This document shows positions 34,848 to 36,824 of a DNA stretch of 36,824 nt, piece after piece (positions within the stretch are counted from its first letter, which is position 1; every line of letters begins with the position of its first letter). The stretch lies in the NCBI RefSeq assembly GCF_004010195.1, contig NC_057753.1, positions 14,974,651 through 15,011,474 of the forward strand. The letters run 5' to 3'. Below the pieces are notes generated by a model, which did no database searches, had not been told where the DNA came from, and worked only from the letters and a program-made list of their open reading frames with translations. Source of the stretch: Chiloscyllium plagiosum (Eukaryota). Both the position numbers and the translations under genes were made by a program.

Positions 34848-36603
34848 TCGTTGGCTGATAGATATTATCATGGTAATTAATTCACCGTTCTGTCCCTTCC
34901 TTGCGACCCTTCTCAATCTCAGAACTTTCACGTTGCTGTAAATTTATCTTGCCTTCGTAACACGTTGTATTTTGCATGGTATGCACTTTGTCAACTGTCT
35001 GATTCACTACATTCCAATATGAAATACTGTGCACCTTTTGTCCGAAATCGTAACATTATTGCCTGTTACTCTTTCGATGATCAATTGGCAGGTCCCGTAA
35101 TTTCTTTCGTTTGCTGCTTTGTTCATCAAGTAATATTCTCGTACACCTCTATCAGTTCCAGCTTCATTGCTTCAATATGATCCATAACCTGTACAATACA
35201 CATTAGTCGAAAATAGAAGCCTGTTCGCGTATCTCTTCGAGTATGCATCTCCTCAAGAGCCAGGACACACTTTGTCAATTATGTGTTCCACATAATCATA
35301 AACAATGTTTTCCTATCTTCGCCAACGGAAACGAATTATTTCTCTCTTTCTGCCCTAAATGCTTCTATTCTTAAATTTAAGTTTAAGTTGCATTGCTGAC
35401 TCCTCTACCAAGTATTCTGTCAACTTGATGTATCTCAGCTTTTGAAGCTCCAGCACTTCTGTCTAAGTGCACTTATTCACAACATGAAGAGGGAAAAGGT
35501 GAAAACATCTAAATGCACGTTGTATGTCATTTTCCAGGCTGCCAAAATATACTGCCTCAAACTGCTTTGCTTAAAGTTTCATCTGTCACTTACTTATCTG
35601 TTCTGCTCTCTTTGCATGCTCTACTGAAATTGGGAGATGTCATGAATAATGGTTTGAAAACATTGATGCATGGTACCAGGGGCTAATTTTGAAGTGTTAC
35701 TCTGCATTTCAATGCAAATTCGGGGAAGTCCATGTCACATTCTACCAAACGGTACACTTTCACAGGTTATAATTGATTTCATTACTGTATGTTCGATGGG
35801 ATAATAAAGGTTAATATTATTGAAACTGCATATTGCAGCCAGCATCTGATGCACTGGTCATGATTTGGTCACCTGGACGCTCAACATCTTACTGTACAAA
35901 AAAACTTTTAACATTATAATTATCTCAATTGCCTCAAACTTGTAAACTCATTTGTTGCCCATGTTTCAGAAATTGCTTTCAAAAATAATTATTTAATACA
36001 TTCGCCTAGTTAGCTGCACTGTATTGTAACACCCTGATGGAATCGACTACCTCAGTGGGCTGAATGACTGGTCTTTGATATAAGGTAATGCCATCAGCGT
36101 TGTTTCATTACCCCCACAATCTGAAGTTGCCATGATGGTCCTCACCTTCTGAGCTCAACCCTCGGCTGATGAATAGTGACCATCAGGTTAAATCACCATC
36201 AACCACATCTCTCTAACAAGAATGCAGCCACGTATTCATCAGTAAATTGAGTTAAGCATTACTGCATGATTGCAAAAGTCAATCTAACCTGCACGAGCAA
36301 TCGGGACCAAAAGTACACTGCTGTTATCAAACTATGGACTGCATCAAGTCAACCTTTACACCCTCGTTTCATAGGTTTTCCAGGACTGAGGTAAATGATC
36401 ATAATCACTATCTTGGGAATACCCTTTAAATGGGAATAGTGGAAAGAGTTTCATGAAATAATCGTAATTATTTTGAAGACATTGTAACTGTCACGTATTG
36501 TATTGGGCAATGGAGGATGAGATTCGATTTATTTTCTCTTTTGAATCTTGAACAAGTGCGTGGATATTTGCAAACGTTTGTTTCTTTATTTGATCCAAAA
36601 CAG

Positions 36604-36824
36604 GAAACAATGGTCCCCGATTGGTTGGTGGGGAGAACAGGTGCTCTGGGCGAGTGGAGGTCCTGCATGGAGAGCAGTGGGGAACGCTGTGCGGTGTTTA
36701 CTTTGACTTACAAGACGCCAATGTGGTCTGTGAACACCTTTTTTGCGGGACTGTAAAGTCGATCCCGAGAGATGCTCGATTTGGGAGGGGAGCCCGACCA
36801 GTGTGGAAGGAAAACTATGAATGC
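36604..36824 (+). CDS. SRCR exon of a probable third paralogue (copy C), cut by the window end
   Basis: aaacag|GA then GNNGPRLVGGENRCSGRVEVLHGEQWGTLCGVYFDLQDANVVCEHLFCG...VWKENYEC, open to the edge; this frame is not in the ORF track. Confidence 0.88.

Noticed and set aside
34296..34931. Long ORFs over the N run
   Set aside because: Artefacts of the assembly gap

Overview
Eukaryotic, intron-rich vertebrate genomic DNA. The CR1 LINE, HE1/V-SINE-type SINE and Penelope-like repeats point to a cartilaginous fish, probably a shark (recalled motif similarity, not a database result). The window holds a plus-strand tandem cluster of group-B SRCR type-I membrane receptor genes of the CD163/WC1/SCART/CD6 kind. 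Copy A (802-~13476; 5' part upstream of the window) looks intact: four 318-nt phase-1 SRCR exons, a 57-nt Cys-containing linker exon, a 42-nt Pro/Ser stalk exon, a TM exon with an intramembrane Glu, three cytoplasmic exons with YEEI and DYDDI tyrosine motifs, and a probable short last exon with poly(A) signals. Copy B (~16300-33070) is a paralogous pseudogene with three in-frame stops, four lost splice acceptors, a frameshift, a deleted YEEI exon and Lys in place of the TM Glu. After a 500-N gap (34348-34847), sequence paralogous to a copy-B intron leads into an open SRCR exon of a type absent from copy B, probably a third copy (C). Introns hold many retroelement fragments and five near-identical local duplications; two have retroelement-derived filler at the junction. 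Most ORFs in the supplied track are spurious or are exon/LINE fragments. Exon boundaries were read by hand; repeat boundaries are approximate. No prokaryotic-type system (CRISPR, operon) is present.
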